DNA from: Rhizophagus irregularis
Lineage: Eukaryota
Length of the DNA stretch: 64,000 nt
Direction of reading: 5' to 3'
Assembly: GCF_026210795.1 (NCBI RefSeq)
Contig: NC_089433.1
Location: 2,418,001-2,482,000 of the forward strand
Shown here piece by piece: positions 24,335 through 39,214 of the stretch. The position numbers and the translations under genes are program-made. The notes beneath the pieces were generated by a model, which saw only the letters and a program-made list of their open reading frames with translations, made no database searches and was not told the origin of the DNA. The stretch's first letter is position 1. Every line of letters starts with the position of its first letter.

Positions 24335-26469
24335 TTACAATAAATTTTCTCTATGATATTTTTTATTCTTCAAATTCTTCAATAAGATGAATTTTTTAGT
24401 CAAATAATTATAACCTAATCTGAGTAGATATTTTTCGCAAGCATCATGTAATTCTTTTTCATATTTATGATTACGTACACTTTGTTGAACCAAGTTCTTT
24501 GCACTATTATAGGCTGAAGACCATTTAGAATCAGATTTATATTTAGCAAGAACTATTTCGAAATAAACAATAATCAGCGATGTTATCCAAACGCTGTTTT
24601 CAAGGCGTCTTAAACACAATTTCTCAGCATAATTTTTAAGAGAGTCAATATTTTTTTCCGAGAGTTTAATCTTGAATGGCCCAGAGATTAATTCACGACA
24701 TTTGAAATTACCATTATTTGTTTGAGAATTGATTATTTCATTGAAACACTCATCATCAGCGGTGGATCCAAACATTCCACAAATAGTTTTATTTGTATCA
24801 TGATCTACCGTAATTTTTTTACTTAGCTCATTATGAACTACTATACCTTGTTGAATCAAATATTCCTCACTAGCAGCGTGCAATAATCCCTTATACCGGT
24901 CATTATATTGGAGAAATTCACTTATAACCTATCTGCTTTTTCATAAGCATCTTCCCACTCAATTTTTTGCTCTTCTAAAACCTTTTCTAAATATTTCATA
25001 ACAAATACGGTTTGCCATACTAATGATGGATATTCTTTAATTCTTCAAATCCACCAACAAAAAAGGTGAGACCTTTAACGGTATCTTCAATTGAATCAGA
25101 ATCAATTTTGAGATGGTCAGAGATTATTTTATGTATAGATAAAGAACCATCGCTTTCTTGACTTAAGCAAATTTCGGTAGCATCGCTTTCAAGAGCATTT
25201 AATTTAAGACATCTAATTATCATTTCACGATCTTCAGCAGAAACTTGAACTGTAATCTTAATAACATGAATAATTTCCATTTGTTTATCTTCATTGGTAC
25301 AAGTCGTTATGGCGAATTTAGAATTGAAATATTTAACAGTATTAGATGACCATTTAAAATCATGACCGGAACTTGAGTATTCCGACGTTTCACTAAAGTC
25401 TTTTGTTTCAACTATTCAAAAACACTATTAAGGGATTTACTTTGATGTTCATTTTCGTTGTAGGAAAAATATATTTCACTTTTGGCAAATTCATCCTTAT
25501 ATGAATTCCATGATACAAGGTCCTAAATAGATATATTAAGTAATCAGTAATTGAATAAATATAATTAATTTTTATGAAAATGTATATCTGATATACAAAC
25601 CTTTGTAGTTGCTACTTTCCAAACCGATGAATTTGCTTCTTTTTCGGATAAGTAACATTCTTCTTGCTAACTTCAACATTAGCAGTAAAATACAATCCAT
25701 TAAATGCCTAACAAACGTAAATGTTAAAACCTCAATTCCTCAATTGTATAAAAAAAAAAATCTCAAAAAATAAATTTATATTTACGTCATCAGATTTCTT
25801 AAATCGAAATTGAATCAATGATTTGGGATATACTTCAATCAATGTTCTAACCAAAGCATCTATAAATGTTGATTTTGTTCGTCGTCTTCACTAGGTTCAA
25901 AAGTGATTGGCAAATAATGTCGCAAGTCCAAAAACGATTGAAATCTTTCCATTTTATTTATACCAAAATCATTTCTTTTATTAGTGATGAACACAAATTG
26001 GGGGGATAAAGAGCTATTAAGTGGATTTATACGATGTTTTCTGATACGTTGAACAAAATTTCCTAAATTTGAAAGATCGCTCAAAGAAAGATCAAGTGGT
26101 TTCGGGTCATATTCCTAATACAAAGATTTTTCAATTTAATAATCAATATAAATTCAACTCTGGAAAGGCAAGAAAGTGGATAATAGAATTAGGATAATGA
26201 TTTTACCTCTGTTTTATTATGAATACCATTACCATTAAATGTATATTTAGTCTTTTTTTCCATAGTTATTGGTTTATGATTTTTATGATTCCGTTGATAG
26301 TTTGCCGTATCTTCGTCATTTGATGAGAAACCAGAACCTTAAAGAATATCACGATTTTAGTTCGCTTCCAACACTTAATTACAATTAAAAAAAAACAAAT
26401 ACCCGTATACTGCTGCGTGTAACTTTTATTTTCATAGTGTGATGATGATTTCATTGAAGCAGTAGCCAT
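24335..26469 (-). pseudogene. Multi-exon gene or pseudogene with two helical repeats resembling the VWA5/VIT-protein C-terminal repeat
   Basis: Exon-like ORFs separated by short GT-AG introns. Repeated pattern SQ..DG.(F/L)...WxT..(V/I)..Y(L/F)E.VL......W..AY..A. A stop near 25860 and a frameshift near 25020 suggest decay. Confidence 0.5.
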
Positions 26470-28698
26470 GATAATTAATTGTTAAAGCAAAATTAAACGT
26501 GAAGAAGAAAAAGCGAAAGAAAAAGGTTTATTTATCAAAAGAAAAAAAAATATATTTTTCTTTAACAATTGTAAGAAAATAAGCGAAGAAAAAAGGTGTA
26601 TTTATCAAAAAAAAAAAATTTTTTCGCGTAACGCATTTCAGCATTTCGACGTCGCTATTCTTCCCAAAATGTAAATCGAGACATTTTTTTTTCCCTTAAT
26701 ATAGATAACGAAATCATTTTTTATAATACTATTTAGTGCTTTTAACATCTGAACGAGAACTATTTTTTTATTCTTGTACTAAAAATAAAATTATTATGAC
26801 ATTGTCGTGCATGAAAGAGTCTTTGTTTTTTTCTATCAATCTGATAAAAATTTGCATTAAAGATTATCATTATAGAAAAAATAATGCCGATAAATGACAA
26901 GAATTGTCCTCTGTCCTGTTTTTTCAGAGACAAAATTAGCTAAATAACCGAGATATAGGTTTCAGTCATAAAATCTAATTATTCCTGAATTATTGGATTA
27001 AGACCAATATTTACCACTCTTCGCCTTTTCGGCGCTTAATCAACCGACAAAAATTTCGCGATCACGTGACAAAATTTGTCGATCATTTCCAAAAATGGTA
27101 AGCAGATTTAACGAAAAAATTATTATTATTATTTTTTTTTTGAATAAAACTTACTACAGACATTTTCTAATTTTAAAATTAATACACTATATCTAAATTT
27201 GCTTGCTCTGCAAGTTTACTTAGGCAATAAAGGTAGGTTTTGAATACAGATTTTTGTAAAATTAATTATTTACATAAAAAGTCAAAATTTATATTTAAAA
27301 TGTATTTTTCTCATCTAGGTAAATTTGTAGAGCGTTCAAAAATACACATACCATGTAAGTTTAAAAAATGTGTGGTATTTATATTGTGTTTTATTCTTAT
27401 TTTTTATTTTTTTGTTAAATCTACTTGCCATTTTTGGAAATGATCAACAAAATCAGTTATGTGATCGCAAAATTTTTGTCAGTGCCACTGGGGTAGTTCC
27501 TTTAATCAATGCTGTTGCGCCACAAAATTTGGGAGTTAAGACCACAAAGACCAAAATCTGAGTGATCATTTATTTATTGTTATGTGTTTTGACAATAATA
27601 AACACAAATAAGGGTGAGAAAATGATCTTTCATTACACAATTTAAAGTTCCTTTGTAACTTACTTTTTTGTATATTAATTTGTAAATCTTTTTAAGTTAC
27701 ACAATTAGTACATTTTTTCTTATTAGTTTAAGTTTAAGAAAGGTGAAAATATTACATTAAATGAATTAAGAAACAGTAAATCAAATGAAAAAAAAATTAT
27801 TGTTCACTGAAATCTTTATTGACACAATTAGTGTGATGTTCTGGAATACAATCTAATTTTCCGTTCTGAATTACTTTTTGTAAATGCATTTGCAACAACA
27901 AACTATTTTTATTCAAGAAATTTCTGTCAAAATAAAAATTATTTTGCAAAGCGGAAATTAAAATAAAGGTGAGAAAATATTACATTAAATGAATCAAGAA
28001 ATGGTAAAATCAAATTAAAAAAGAATATATCAGTTGTCGTGATCTTTAATTACGCAAGTAGTGCATCATTCTTTAGAATTTGATTTTATCAATCTGAAAT
28101 TAAGTTTAAAGAAGAGGTTGAGAAAGTATAATGAATCAAAAAAAGTAAGTTTAAGAAAGTAAATAAATCAAGAAATGGTAAAATCAAATGAAAAAAAATA
28201 TTATTGTTCGTTGAAAACTATGTAAGTCTTTTATTGACACAGTTTGTTTTGTATGACATTCTGGAGTATAAGTTAATTTCTGTTTGTAAACCTTCTCAAT
28301 ATGGTTTGATAACAAAATTCTTTGTTTTTAAATCATGAAAAAATGATGAAAGTAAGTTTGATGATTTTTTCTTATTAAAGTTATATTTACTTATAAATAA
28401 TTTGATTCAATATATTTTAGTTGTAAAATATAAATACAAAAAAAATTTTTGTTTTTAAAAGAATTTTACCAGATTTATGATGTTAGACAAAAATATTCGT
28501 GTGGTCGTTACTATAGGATTTTTTTTTGTTTTTTTTTTTGTTTATTATTAATTTTTGTAATAACAATGATATTTATTTTGGATTTTTTTTTAAAAAAAAT
28601 TTTAATAGATTTTGGGACAACTTATTCTGTAAATTATTAATGTTATTTACAAAATTTAAAGTGTTTAAATAAATGGTAATTTTTTATTAATATATAAA

Positions 28699-29207
28699 CA
28701 GTGAAATTCAATAATCCGGATCTATCAGTTTCACTAAAAATATTCAGTTTATCAGGATATCCGGTATAGCAAATATATTAAAAATCTATTATACTAAATT
28801 TTTTTAAAAAATTCATGCTAATAAAATTAATATACATTATATTTTAATTTTTTATCTTAGTTTTAAGTTATAGAAATCATGAAAATGAATATAAAATATT
28901 TTAATTGAATATATAAGTAATATATAACTTTGGCTGGAATTAAGATTTTTATAATTCTGGCCAAAATTAAGATTTACCGCATCACGTTACTTAAATTTTA
29001 TTGGTTAATGATCACGTGATCCAGTTTATTAAACCATTTTTACTATAGCTGGTTAAAAAATTGATCTATTTTATCAAATATCAAACTTTTACTAATAAAC
29101 TCCAGTATATCAAAACTATTTTAATATACATGATTTGGTTCCAGCAAAAAAGTCTGGTTTAAGTCCAAATCTGGTTTATTAAAGATCCGGTTTATCGAAT
29201 TTCACTG
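28699..29207. mobile_element. ~509-bp pogo/Tc1-type MITE
   Basis: TIR CAGTGAAATTCAATAATCCGGATCT / AGATCCGGTTTATCGAATTTCACTG. The TA TSD is not intact. Confidence 0.75.
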
Positions 29208-31658
29208 TGTATATATATAGGGATTTGCTTATACTCATAAATCAAATCCAAGTGAAATAACGGCACATAATGAGAACCCCAGAAAATGCTTATATATGTA
29301 AGGTACCAAGGTACTTAGCCAATATAGAAAAATTTTATGATGTAAGAATTTTATAATGCTTAATTTTGAGAAAATTTTATACTATATAAGATAATTAAAT
29401 TGCATATTTTTAGTATTATTTTAAAATATTAAGAGTTTTTAGTTGTTTATTTTTCATATTTATAGAACTTTTTAAAATATTATATATTAAATTTATAATT
29501 AATTTTTATTTTATTTTCACTAACGGTAAGTGTTAATTTTGTACAATTTTATATAAATACATAAACAAAAAATTTTTTTTTTCAATGTTTTATTAATTAT
29601 CTTTCAATAGTATCTTTTTAATTTTATAAATTCAGTGTATTATTTTTAAGTTAAATAAAATTACTGTAAATATGTTTTACTTTAAAATATAATTTCACTA
29701 CTTACCATTTTGGTTATATCAAATTATCTATTATGCTTAAGTAAGGTTGTTCAGCAAGTTAAATCTACTTGTATTTTAATTTTCATAAGGCTAAATATGA
29801 TATTTATATAGAAAAGCATATTTTTTATAACAATAATAACTTTTAAATTTTCACTTTTTCGTTTACAACTTCAGAGCATAATTATACCACTTCGGTCAAA
29901 TAAAATCGACTTTCTAAATTAATTGAAAGTTGTTTAGCAAGGTCAAAACTACTTATCTATTAATTTTCATAAATGCGAGTATAACAATCAGTACGCATGT
30001 AACACCCTAATTTTTATTATTATAATCGATATAATAAAAATTGTGGCATAGCTTACTTATTGAATATATAGTATATATATATATATTAAAATCGGTTAAA
30101 TTAATTTTAATTGGTTAAAATTGATGATTTTTAAATTGTAATTCCGGCCAAAATTTTCTTAATTCTGGCTGAATCCCTAATTCTGGCCTAAATTTAATTA
30201 AATTTAGAAAAATACATGTCAAATGTAACATTATATTTAAAAAGCAAAATAAACTTATTGATCATTTCTACAAATTTATTAAAAAAAATTCATTACTCAA
30301 ACTGAGTTTTCATGTTGGATCTTCATTTGAAATTAATGTTTTTTTTATATTACAAATAAAAAAAAATAAAGTTTCAAAAATCTATACCATTATGTAAAAC
30401 ATCAATAGCTTCACGAATATTAAACGAAAATTAACAAAATTCAATATACAATTAGTTTCGACCTCACTAAACAATTCTCACTTAATACACAAAGGCGATT
30501 CTCTTATAACCAAAGTACCTAAATTACGCTCTAAATGTATTAAATGAATAGATAAAATATGAACGTTAATATTTCCATATGTACTAATTAAAAACTTATG
30601 AAAATTGAAATACATATGGAATCGACCTCAATGAACAATTATCACTTAATATATGAAGGTGATTATCTTATGATCAAAGTGTCTAAATTACGTTCTGAAG
30701 TAACTAATTGTTTGCAAAAAATTGAAATTAATTGTGTTATGAATAACATCAGTAGCTTCATAAATATTGGCTAACATTTCGTATAAATTGAAATTCAAAT
30801 AGTTTCGACCTCGCTGAACAATATTCACTTAATAAACAAAGGCGATTTACTTATGAACAAAGTGCCTAAATACGCTCTGAAATTACTAAACAGAAAAAAT
30901 AACAAATTTAAAGTTAGCATTGTTATAAAAATACACACAAACTATTAAATGAAATTTAATGAAAATTGAGTTGCAAGTAGTTTTAATATAGCTGAACAAT
31001 TTTTACTAAATATATAAAGGTGATATGTTTATGTCAAAATTGCTAAAACTACTACTTTAAAAAAATTTATGTACTTAAGAAATAATATAAAATTTTGATT
31101 TTTTAAAGTTTATGCAAAATCTGTCTGAATAACCAATATTTAAAGCTTAGAAAAACATTCTTTTCTCGCAAAATTACATATATTTCTGTTGTTAAAACTA
31201 CATTTTTCTTCTTACCTTTAAAGGGATCTTAAAAAAAGTGTGTTTTTTAAAATAAACTTCATGTATATGTAAGAAAAAAAAAATTATTAGTAAAATGAAA
31301 AACTAATTTAAGAAACTGATAGAGCACATGATAATCTGTTAAATTACTTTATTTGGTATGATGTTGTATATTTTAATTGATGATTAATTGTTAAATGATG
31401 TAATTCAATTATAGTTACACACAATTTTATTATTATAAAATTGATCTACATGTTACATGTGCGGTGACTGATAATACTTATGGAGAAAAGTGCATTTTTC
31501 ATAACGGTACTAACTTTTGAATTTTTTATTTCTCCGTTTACAACTTCAGAGCGTAATTATACCCCTTGAAAATTGTTCAGCAAGGTCGAAATTACCTACA
31601 TATTAATTTTTATAGGTGTAAGTATAATATTTATAGAGAAATTTACATTTTTTGTAAT

Positions 31659-32856
31659 CATATGGGCTGATTTGTCTACTCTGCATTAAAAAGAGTTATT
31701 GATTGATTTTCACAATTTTTGTTACTTAAAATTGTTTTGTAATACCAAAAAATCATCTGATTGATGATCACTTAACTAAATAATAAGTTGAACAAAAATT
31801 TACATTTGCTAAACTTAAATTATTAAAATAAAAAACCCATTTCTCATATATATGGAATTTTTAACATATATTATTAAAAAGTAAGTATATTTTAATAAAA
31901 TATAAAGTAAAATAAAAATTTATATAGCTTTAGTAGCTATAAATGTTTATAAAAGTATAATAAAAATATCATATAAAAGATGGTATCATAATAAATATTT
32001 TCAAACAATAAAAATAATTATTTTATGTTGGAGTTTATATTACTATCTTTAAACGCAAATATATCAAGATTCACTGATTTGTTTTAAGCCCTTGTTCTGG
32101 ATTTTATAGGCGAAAAAAGAGCTCGCCGATTGAATCATTAGATCCAGAGATATTTACATTTAAAGTTGAGGTACGAACTTTTTAACATACTTAAATGCAA
32201 ATATCTTGGGATTCACTGATCCATTTTTTATAAATTTAGGCTCTTTGGAAAGCCTTTGATCTGGTCTATATGAACGAAAAAAGAGCTTGCCAATTGGATC
32301 ACTGGATCTGGAGATATTTACGTTTTAAGTTGAAATACAAATTTTTAACATACAGTATATAGTAAATGTTAAGAATTATATTAATTTAAAAGAAGGAAAT
32401 AAAATTTGTGCGCACCCGCGCATGTGCGCATCCCTCCATTTTTGGTAATTTTTATATAGTAAATTTGTCGATCATCAATTATCATGTGACTTTAGTAAAA
32501 TCCTGATTTTTTTAAATATTCATACTGCAACTCTTACGCACATATTATAGAGCCTTAAAATTTTATTTACTATGCGTATTTTTGCCCATTCTACAACTTT
32601 ACTTAATGAGCCATGAAGGGTTTAGAATGTCATTTTTGACTTTTATATATAATATATCCATGGGGTGCGTACATGCGTAGGTGCACACAAATTTTAAACC
32701 CTTAAAAGAAATATTTACCAAATTATAGTATAATAACATTAAATAAAAATTTTTTAATACTCATTTCCAATTTACTGTATATTATATAGTATTTTGTATA
32801 ATAAAAATGTAATAAAATTAATATTTTAATTAAAGGTAGACAAATCAGCCCATATG
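31659..32856. mobile_element. 1.2-kb non-autonomous TIR element nested in the 29274-33107 element
   Basis: Perfect 21-bp TIR CATATGGGCTGATTTGTCTAC. The uninterrupted host sequence is visible at ~52221 (ttttgtaatagtattaattt). Confidence 0.8.
32395..32701. mobile_element. 307-bp Mutator-like MITE, 9-bp TSD
   Basis: TIR GG...AAAATTTGTG(C/T)GCACC(C/T)(G/A)CGCATGT(G/A)CGCA. TSD TTAAAAGAA at 32386-32394 and 32702-32710. Confidence 0.85.
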
Positions 32857-33119
32857 TAGTATTAATTTTGAATTTTTTTTTACTGTTTATTAACTTTATT
32901 AATTGAATATTTTTAATCTACTTATATATTATGTTTAGTTTAGCTTCACAATGTATTGATCATATTTAAAATTGGATTTAATAAAATATATTTAATTAAT
33001 AAATATATCAACAATGATGCTTAGCGATCATAGTAAAAACCTATGCTTAGAGCCACTAATAAAAAATATTTTTGGGACCTTACATATATAAGTATTTTCT
33101 AGGATCCTGATAAAGAGAA

Positions 33120-34455
33120 CCAAATGCCAAGAAAATGGAAAGAAGTTCCAAGGACCAAGGCAGAGAGGGTGAGCGAACAGTCAGATACCAGCCAAATGGA
33201 AAGTAATTGGAGAAGAAGGTTGAGAAGAAGGTTGAGAAGAGGAAAGAAGAATGTATTTTGCAGAATATTATTCAAAGTATAGAATTCAGCAGTAATGGAT
33301 AAGCAATCTTCTATTTAAGAATGTTGTTTAAATGAAAGAAAAATTTTAACACAAAAGGATCACATGCTTCTTGATTCAACACCATAAGCAAAGGATCTAA
33401 ATAGATAACCTAAAGAAGAGGTGAAATGATTACTCCTTGATCAATACCAACATGTACTTGATAAAAAAAAGAATCACCATGATAAGTCAAAATCTTGTTA
33501 TTTTGCCTAATGAAAAGATTTAAAATAAATTGCACCAAAAGTGCGGGCTAATTTAAGCATATTAAGATCCATAGAATCAAATGCTTTAGAAATATCCTGA
33601 GAGACAATCCAAAGTTCCTGATCATCAGAAGAGTCATACTTATGTTAATGGATAATCGCATTAAGCATTTTTATAAGAACATCAGTAGAACCACCAGTAG
33701 GGTTGATAAAGTCCTTATTTCAGACCTAAAGACTCAGACCTAGGACTGAGTATGTAACTCTTTAAGTCCGATTTTTTGGACTTATAAGGAGATAGTCTTA
33801 AACGAGTCTTAAATGAGTCTTAACCAATAAAAAGGGTTTTTACATTTGGTATATATATTACACGGTATTTTAATTTTTATTGTACAAACTTACACAATGA
33901 ATTTAGATGATGCGTTCGATTTTGTTGACTTGGAGAGTAATGACATTTTGGATAACATATTACGTACTGAAGGAAGTTCTCAAAAAACTTCACCTCTATG
34001 GAATTATGTAGATTGCAAAAGCCCAGCTCACCCAGGAGTACCTGTATGCAAAAGGTGCAATTACATATTTTCTATTAAGTTAAGTAATACTACCATATGA
34101 TCAATTGATCATCATTTATACAAATAAAACTTTTAGTATATTTTTTTGAGTTTTTTGAGTTTTTTTTTTTATTTTTATAATGTTTTTATATTAATTTTAA
34201 GGAAAATGATAGAAAAAAAAGAAGAATTTATAATAAATGATATACGTTAAACTGGTTTAAGAGAGTCTTAGGATCTAGTTCAGAACTGGACTTGGTCAGA
34301 CACAAGTCCTGGACTAATCATATATGGACTTAGTTTGTAGGATATAAGTCTTAGGACTAAAACTGGACTAGGATCAACTTTACCAACCTAGAGTCAGCAA
34401 GGATATTAGAGAGACGATGGTGACAACCTTGACCACACACTTTTAAACAGTTGTA
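33120..34455 (-). pseudogene. Decayed LINE reverse-transcriptase fragment (split by a hAT derivative)
   Basis: The minus strand reads DDQELWIVSQDISKAFDSMD and GIDQGVIISPLL, homologous to the RT at 62190-62700. Confidence 0.8.
33698..34390 (+). mobile_element. Internally deleted hAT element with BED-finger fragment
   Basis: Termini TAGGGTTGATAAAGT / ACTTTACCAACCTA; subterminal GGACT/AGTCC repeats. ORF 33846-34100 reads SPLWNYV...VCKRCNY. TSD not matched. Confidence 0.65.
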
Positions 34456-35149
34456 TCTGAAGCTGAACCAAAAGAGCATATTTATAAATGGGATGCACAA
34501 CTAAGAAAAAGGTTTCTAGATTTAGGATTAGAAGATCCTGGTTTTCTTAGTAGTAAAAGGCAATGTGAGTTAAAGTACCATGATTTTCTTCAGTATGACC
34601 CTGATTCGGTGAGACCTTTAATTGAACTGGAAAAAGAGGTTGAAAAAATGCATAAAGTACCAGCAATTAAGACACCAGCAACTACTTCCATATCAATTGA
34701 TAAACTAGCAAACTGGCTAGCAGGACCTGGAGTTAAAAGTAAATCTCTACAGACTAATGCTGAATGGTTTGTCTATATGGAAAATTTGCCTCCCCCTAGG
34801 ACCTCATTTTCTCATCCAAGAGTTGAAATAGGAAAAGCAGGTTCAGGTCCAGCAACTCAAGAAAAAAGAGGAGAAGTACAATTTATAAAAAGACCACATG
34901 TTCACATAGATCACTAAAACATATGACAGTATGGAAATTTCCTAAATATTTATCAACAAATAACAGAAATTCTTGAACGTGAACTTGATGCAAGAGGGCA
35001 AATCAAATCAACATTTTTATTTGCGAATTTTTATCATCATTATAGTGTAATTCTATTTTCAATGATTATTGGTATTTTAAAATCTGGCTATAACAGTTTT
35101 AGTTATGTATGTCTGGTGTTTAACCAACAGCTTGATAGTATTACCATAG

Positions 35150-35525
35150 TTTTAACTCTGCTAAAATTTTTGGCAAGTCTCAGGTATACGGGATATCATA
35201 GATTATAATGTCTCAGATTCACTCTTGCTCCTTTTTGACAACTTCGTATCCTGTCAGTATTTGAGTAATCTCAGGTTCTGGTGATTTCTTATCATTTTGT
35301 GACTTTTTGGCACATTAGGTTTTGCTTGTTTATCAGCTGTAACACGTGCTTTTGATTTTTGTTTATCCTTCCAAAATGTTTCGGGTATCACAGTTTGATC
35401 AGCAGAGGCCATTTTCACATAAGTCAGTATTGGAGGCGTATCATCTACTAGATTTTGTGTTTGTAATCCTAATTTTATTGATCCTTATCAAATCATCATC
35501 ATCATCAAACTCATCCTATTTTGAA
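35150..35525 (-). mobile_element. Fragment of the ORF1-only retroelement family
   Basis: Matches ~59660-60040 (e.g. aggtatacgggatatc..ataatgtctc.gattc.ctcttgctcc). Confidence 0.75.
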
Positions 35526-37344
35526 AAAAATCTTGTCTCATGTGAGGTAGTTGAGGCAGAGTGCCAGTCCACCTTAGTTGAACTTGAAAAATGTTATACT
35601 TATCTAGAGTTAAAGAAAGAGGCACTTGTTATCTAGGATGAACGTATTATTCAACTTGAAGACAGTAGACAAACTCAAAAAACACATTCAAGAAGTATCT
35701 GTATGTAAAAAAAGCAAGTGAATGGATCCTTTTAATCCTATCAATGAAATTCTAACCTGTTGGCAAACTGTATCTGATTGTCTTGCTGTAATACAATTAT
35801 TTTTTGATCAGTATAGGATACCAATTCCACAAGATATAGATTATATCTTTGATGCAGCAACTCGAAACCTTGATGAAATCATTTAAAATGAATTGCAATC
35901 CATTGGTGTGGATCAAATAAATCAAAATAATGGGTTACAGAGACTACTTGACAAGTCTTTAGGACATAGACATTGGGAAAATGAGTACTATAGAGATGAG
36001 TGGTGTAGGGTCAAGGAGATGTGTAGTGTATGGTCCCCTATATGACAGTTTACACTGGTGATAAATAACACAACATGCAGAGTTCATTTCAGAATATAAC
36101 CTTATTTTTTACCAAACTATAATACAACACTTAAGTTCGTTTATAGAGGACAGTTTCCTCAAGAACTTATTTGAAAAAAACCCATCGGTAGCTAAGGATA
36201 AAGCCCAGTTACTGATAGATAAGTTTGGCAATGCTGCCAACCCTGCAAACTTCACTTTACACTCAAGCTATGAATATACAACTTACCACCCTCTCACTGA
36301 TATTTTCTATAGCATTATATGTTTCGTCCAGGTCTTAAGAAGAGCTTGATGATGATGAATTAGATTGATTAATCGACAATTTAGAATCATATACACCAAA
36401 TTCAGTACTTGAAATGCCTCCAATACTGCCTGATGTGGAAATGACTCCTGTTGATCAAACTGTAATACCAGAAGAAAGATAAACAAAAGGCACATGTTAC
36501 AGATGATAAACAAGTCAAGCACCAATCAACAATGGCGCAAAAACATTAGCCAAAAATTTTCAAAAGGAAAAGAAATCATCTGAACCTGAGGCTACTCAAA
36601 TACTGACTGGATACAAAGCTGTCAGAGAGGAGCAGGAGCGAATCTGAGACATTATAGTTTACGATATCCTGTATTTAGCAGACTTTTAGAGTCAAGATAG
36701 CACTATCCTCATTTGCCCTTTTCCAGTTTAATAAATATTGGATGACAGATTTGGGAGATCTGGGAGGTATACCTGTGAGATGGTTTCCCGCAAGTTGGAC
36801 TTAAGAGAAAGAAAACAACATGAAAAGTTCCAAGCCAACATTCCAGAGGAAATGACAATGGCTACCTTGTGGACTAACCGTAAACAGTGCTAGCACATTT
36901 AAAATAATTCAGACAAGCAAAGGAAGGAGACCACACTCAAGGCCTTAGATATGCCACCAGTTACCTCGCTGTCAGGTAAGGAGTTGAAATGGTGTCAACA
37001 CTCCATCCCTACATCCCTAACTTGAAGAAAGCACATTTGAAACCAAAGGCTAAAAATACCTCAGACAAGAAGAAATCTGGTAAAGCAGGTAAAGCTCGGT
37101 AAGTAATAACAATCCCCAATCCCCAATGAAAGCTTTTAAGAATAATAACCATGACCTATAGGTGCTATCAGAATTATTTTTATGGTTATGGCACATGATA
37201 TAATGACATAATGAAAAGCTGTAAATTGTAAATGTTGTAGCACCATAACGCCATAATTTATAACGTAAATTTATATCTGTAAGTGTTACTTGTGTAACTT
37301 TTTTTTTTATAATAAAAAATTTTTTTTTTCTGACAGACTTTCTG

Positions 37345-37960
37345 AAAATTTCTGGTAAGTGGTGGAAAGGATTTCTTTAGTATTTATTTGGACCTCTAGA
37401 ACTTTTTGGTAAGTGAAAAAAAGGTTTTCATTGGTATTTAAGAAATGACAGTAACATCATTTTTTTTTTTAAGAACCATCCTGATGGCTAGTGGTTCAGA
37501 ATTTTCTGGTAATTATAGGAAGGAATTTCTTAACATATATTATTAAGAAATAAGAAATAACATTGACTTCATCTTTCTTTTTTAGGAATGGTCAGTGGAT
37601 TTCCTGGACTTTTTGGTAATGGGAGAAGGGTTTTCTTTGACACTTATTTCTAAGAAATGATAGTAACTTCATTTCTTTTTTCTTCTTTTTTAGGAATGAT
37701 TCTGGCGAACTTTTTGGATTTTCTGGTAAGTGGGAGAGCTTTCTTAGATGTTTATTTTTAAGAAATGATATTAAATTTGTTACTTCTTTCTTTTTTTTTT
37801 AGAAACGGTCCTGGCAGATTTTTTAGACTTTCTGGTAAGTGGAAGAGGGTTTTTGTGAATATTTATTTTTAAGGAATGATATTAACTTCATTTTTTTTTA
37901 CCTTTCTTTTTTTTAGGAACGTTTTTAACAGATTTTCTGGACTTTTAGTAAGTGGGAGGG
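37345..37960 (+). repeat. ~115-bp tandem units resembling microexon + GT-AG intron
   Basis: Repeated ..ttttctg|gtaagtgg...aagaaatga.a(t/g)taacttcattt..tttag|gaa.. Confidence 0.65.
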
Positions 37961-39214
37961 TTTTCTTTACATTTGTTTATAAGAAGGAGGAAGTTATTTG
38001 ATATTTATATTCAAGAAATGTCATTAATTAATTTTACTTCTATCATTTATCAAATATTGACAACAAGTAATATTTTATCTTCGTGATAATAGATTATTGA
38101 TAAATAAAAATTTTACTTTTTTTATTTTAATCAACAGTAAATTGTTAATTTTGTAAAAAAATTTTCGAAAATAAAATATTTTTATGTTACATAAATTTTT
38201 ACAATAAATAGAGGTAACATGACTTTTGATTTTGATTTCTGATAATCTTTTTTTTAAGAATTAATCCTATTTTTTTTACATAATCTCTGTAGCTGTAAAA
38301 ATGAGTTCAACAGTTTCAGAAGTCAAAAGAGGTTGTAAAGAATCACATATTTGGAACCATTATATTAAAGAACCATTGGGTAGTGGTCATTATACAGCTA
38401 AATGCCATTACTGCACACAAACATGGTCTAGAAGAAGACCAGAAATTTTAAAATCACATTTAGCATTATATTGTAAGGAAGTGCCACTAGCTATTAAATC
38501 AGAATATATGGAGATGTTAGCAATTGGATCTACATCTACAAATAGAAAACAAAAATTAGATACAGATTCATCAGCTGAAATTGATGCAGATAAAAAGGAT
38601 AGAATTAATCAAGCATTAATAGAATCCCATTCTCAACTGTTAATCATCCTTATTTTATAGATTTTGTCTAGAGTCTTTGTTTTGCCTATAATCCTTTTAA
38701 AAGATTGTTACTTTCAACAACTATTTTGAATAAAGAAACTGCTTTATAATAATTACTCCAGGTAAAAGGCAATATATTCATACTTTAAAAGATATATCAG
38801 TTGATTCTCATACTGGATCTTTTAATGCTACTGAAATTGAAAATATTTTGACTACAATTGGACCAAAAAAATTTGCAGCTGTGGTATTTATATTTTATTA
38901 ATACGCTGTATGGCACATCATATTGTCAAATTGGATTTTGCAAAAAACACATTTAAAAAATGTCAAACAATTATAACTTTCTAAAAGAAGGTGGTTTAAG
39001 AACATCTATAAAAACAAAATGGTCTACTGTATAAGATTTTAAAAATGTAAGTTAATATTAAACATTTAAAATAAAAACTATAATTAATATTTATATCATA
39101 ATTTAAATTCTTAAAAGGCATCAATATTTATGGAATTAATTAAGATAGCAGTTGCAATTAAGCAAATTTCAAATTATTTGGATTTAGATTTTAACAATTT
39201 GAAAGATAGAAAAA

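Larger units (their letters stand above)
29274..33107. mobile_element. ~3.8-kb composite non-autonomous TIR element carrying 184-bp-family repeats and nested MITEs
   Basis: TIR GAACCCCAGAAAATGCTTATATATGTAAGGTACC versus GGGACCTTACATATATAAGTATTTTCTAGGATCC. Possible decayed 9-bp TSD (6/9 match). Confidence 0.6.

Noticed and set aside
34455..36050. Short coding-like fragments (34609-34917, ~35550-36000) possibly from an LTR retrotransposon
   Set aside because: No LTR, PBS, protease, RT or integrase motif is visible, so it cannot be supported.
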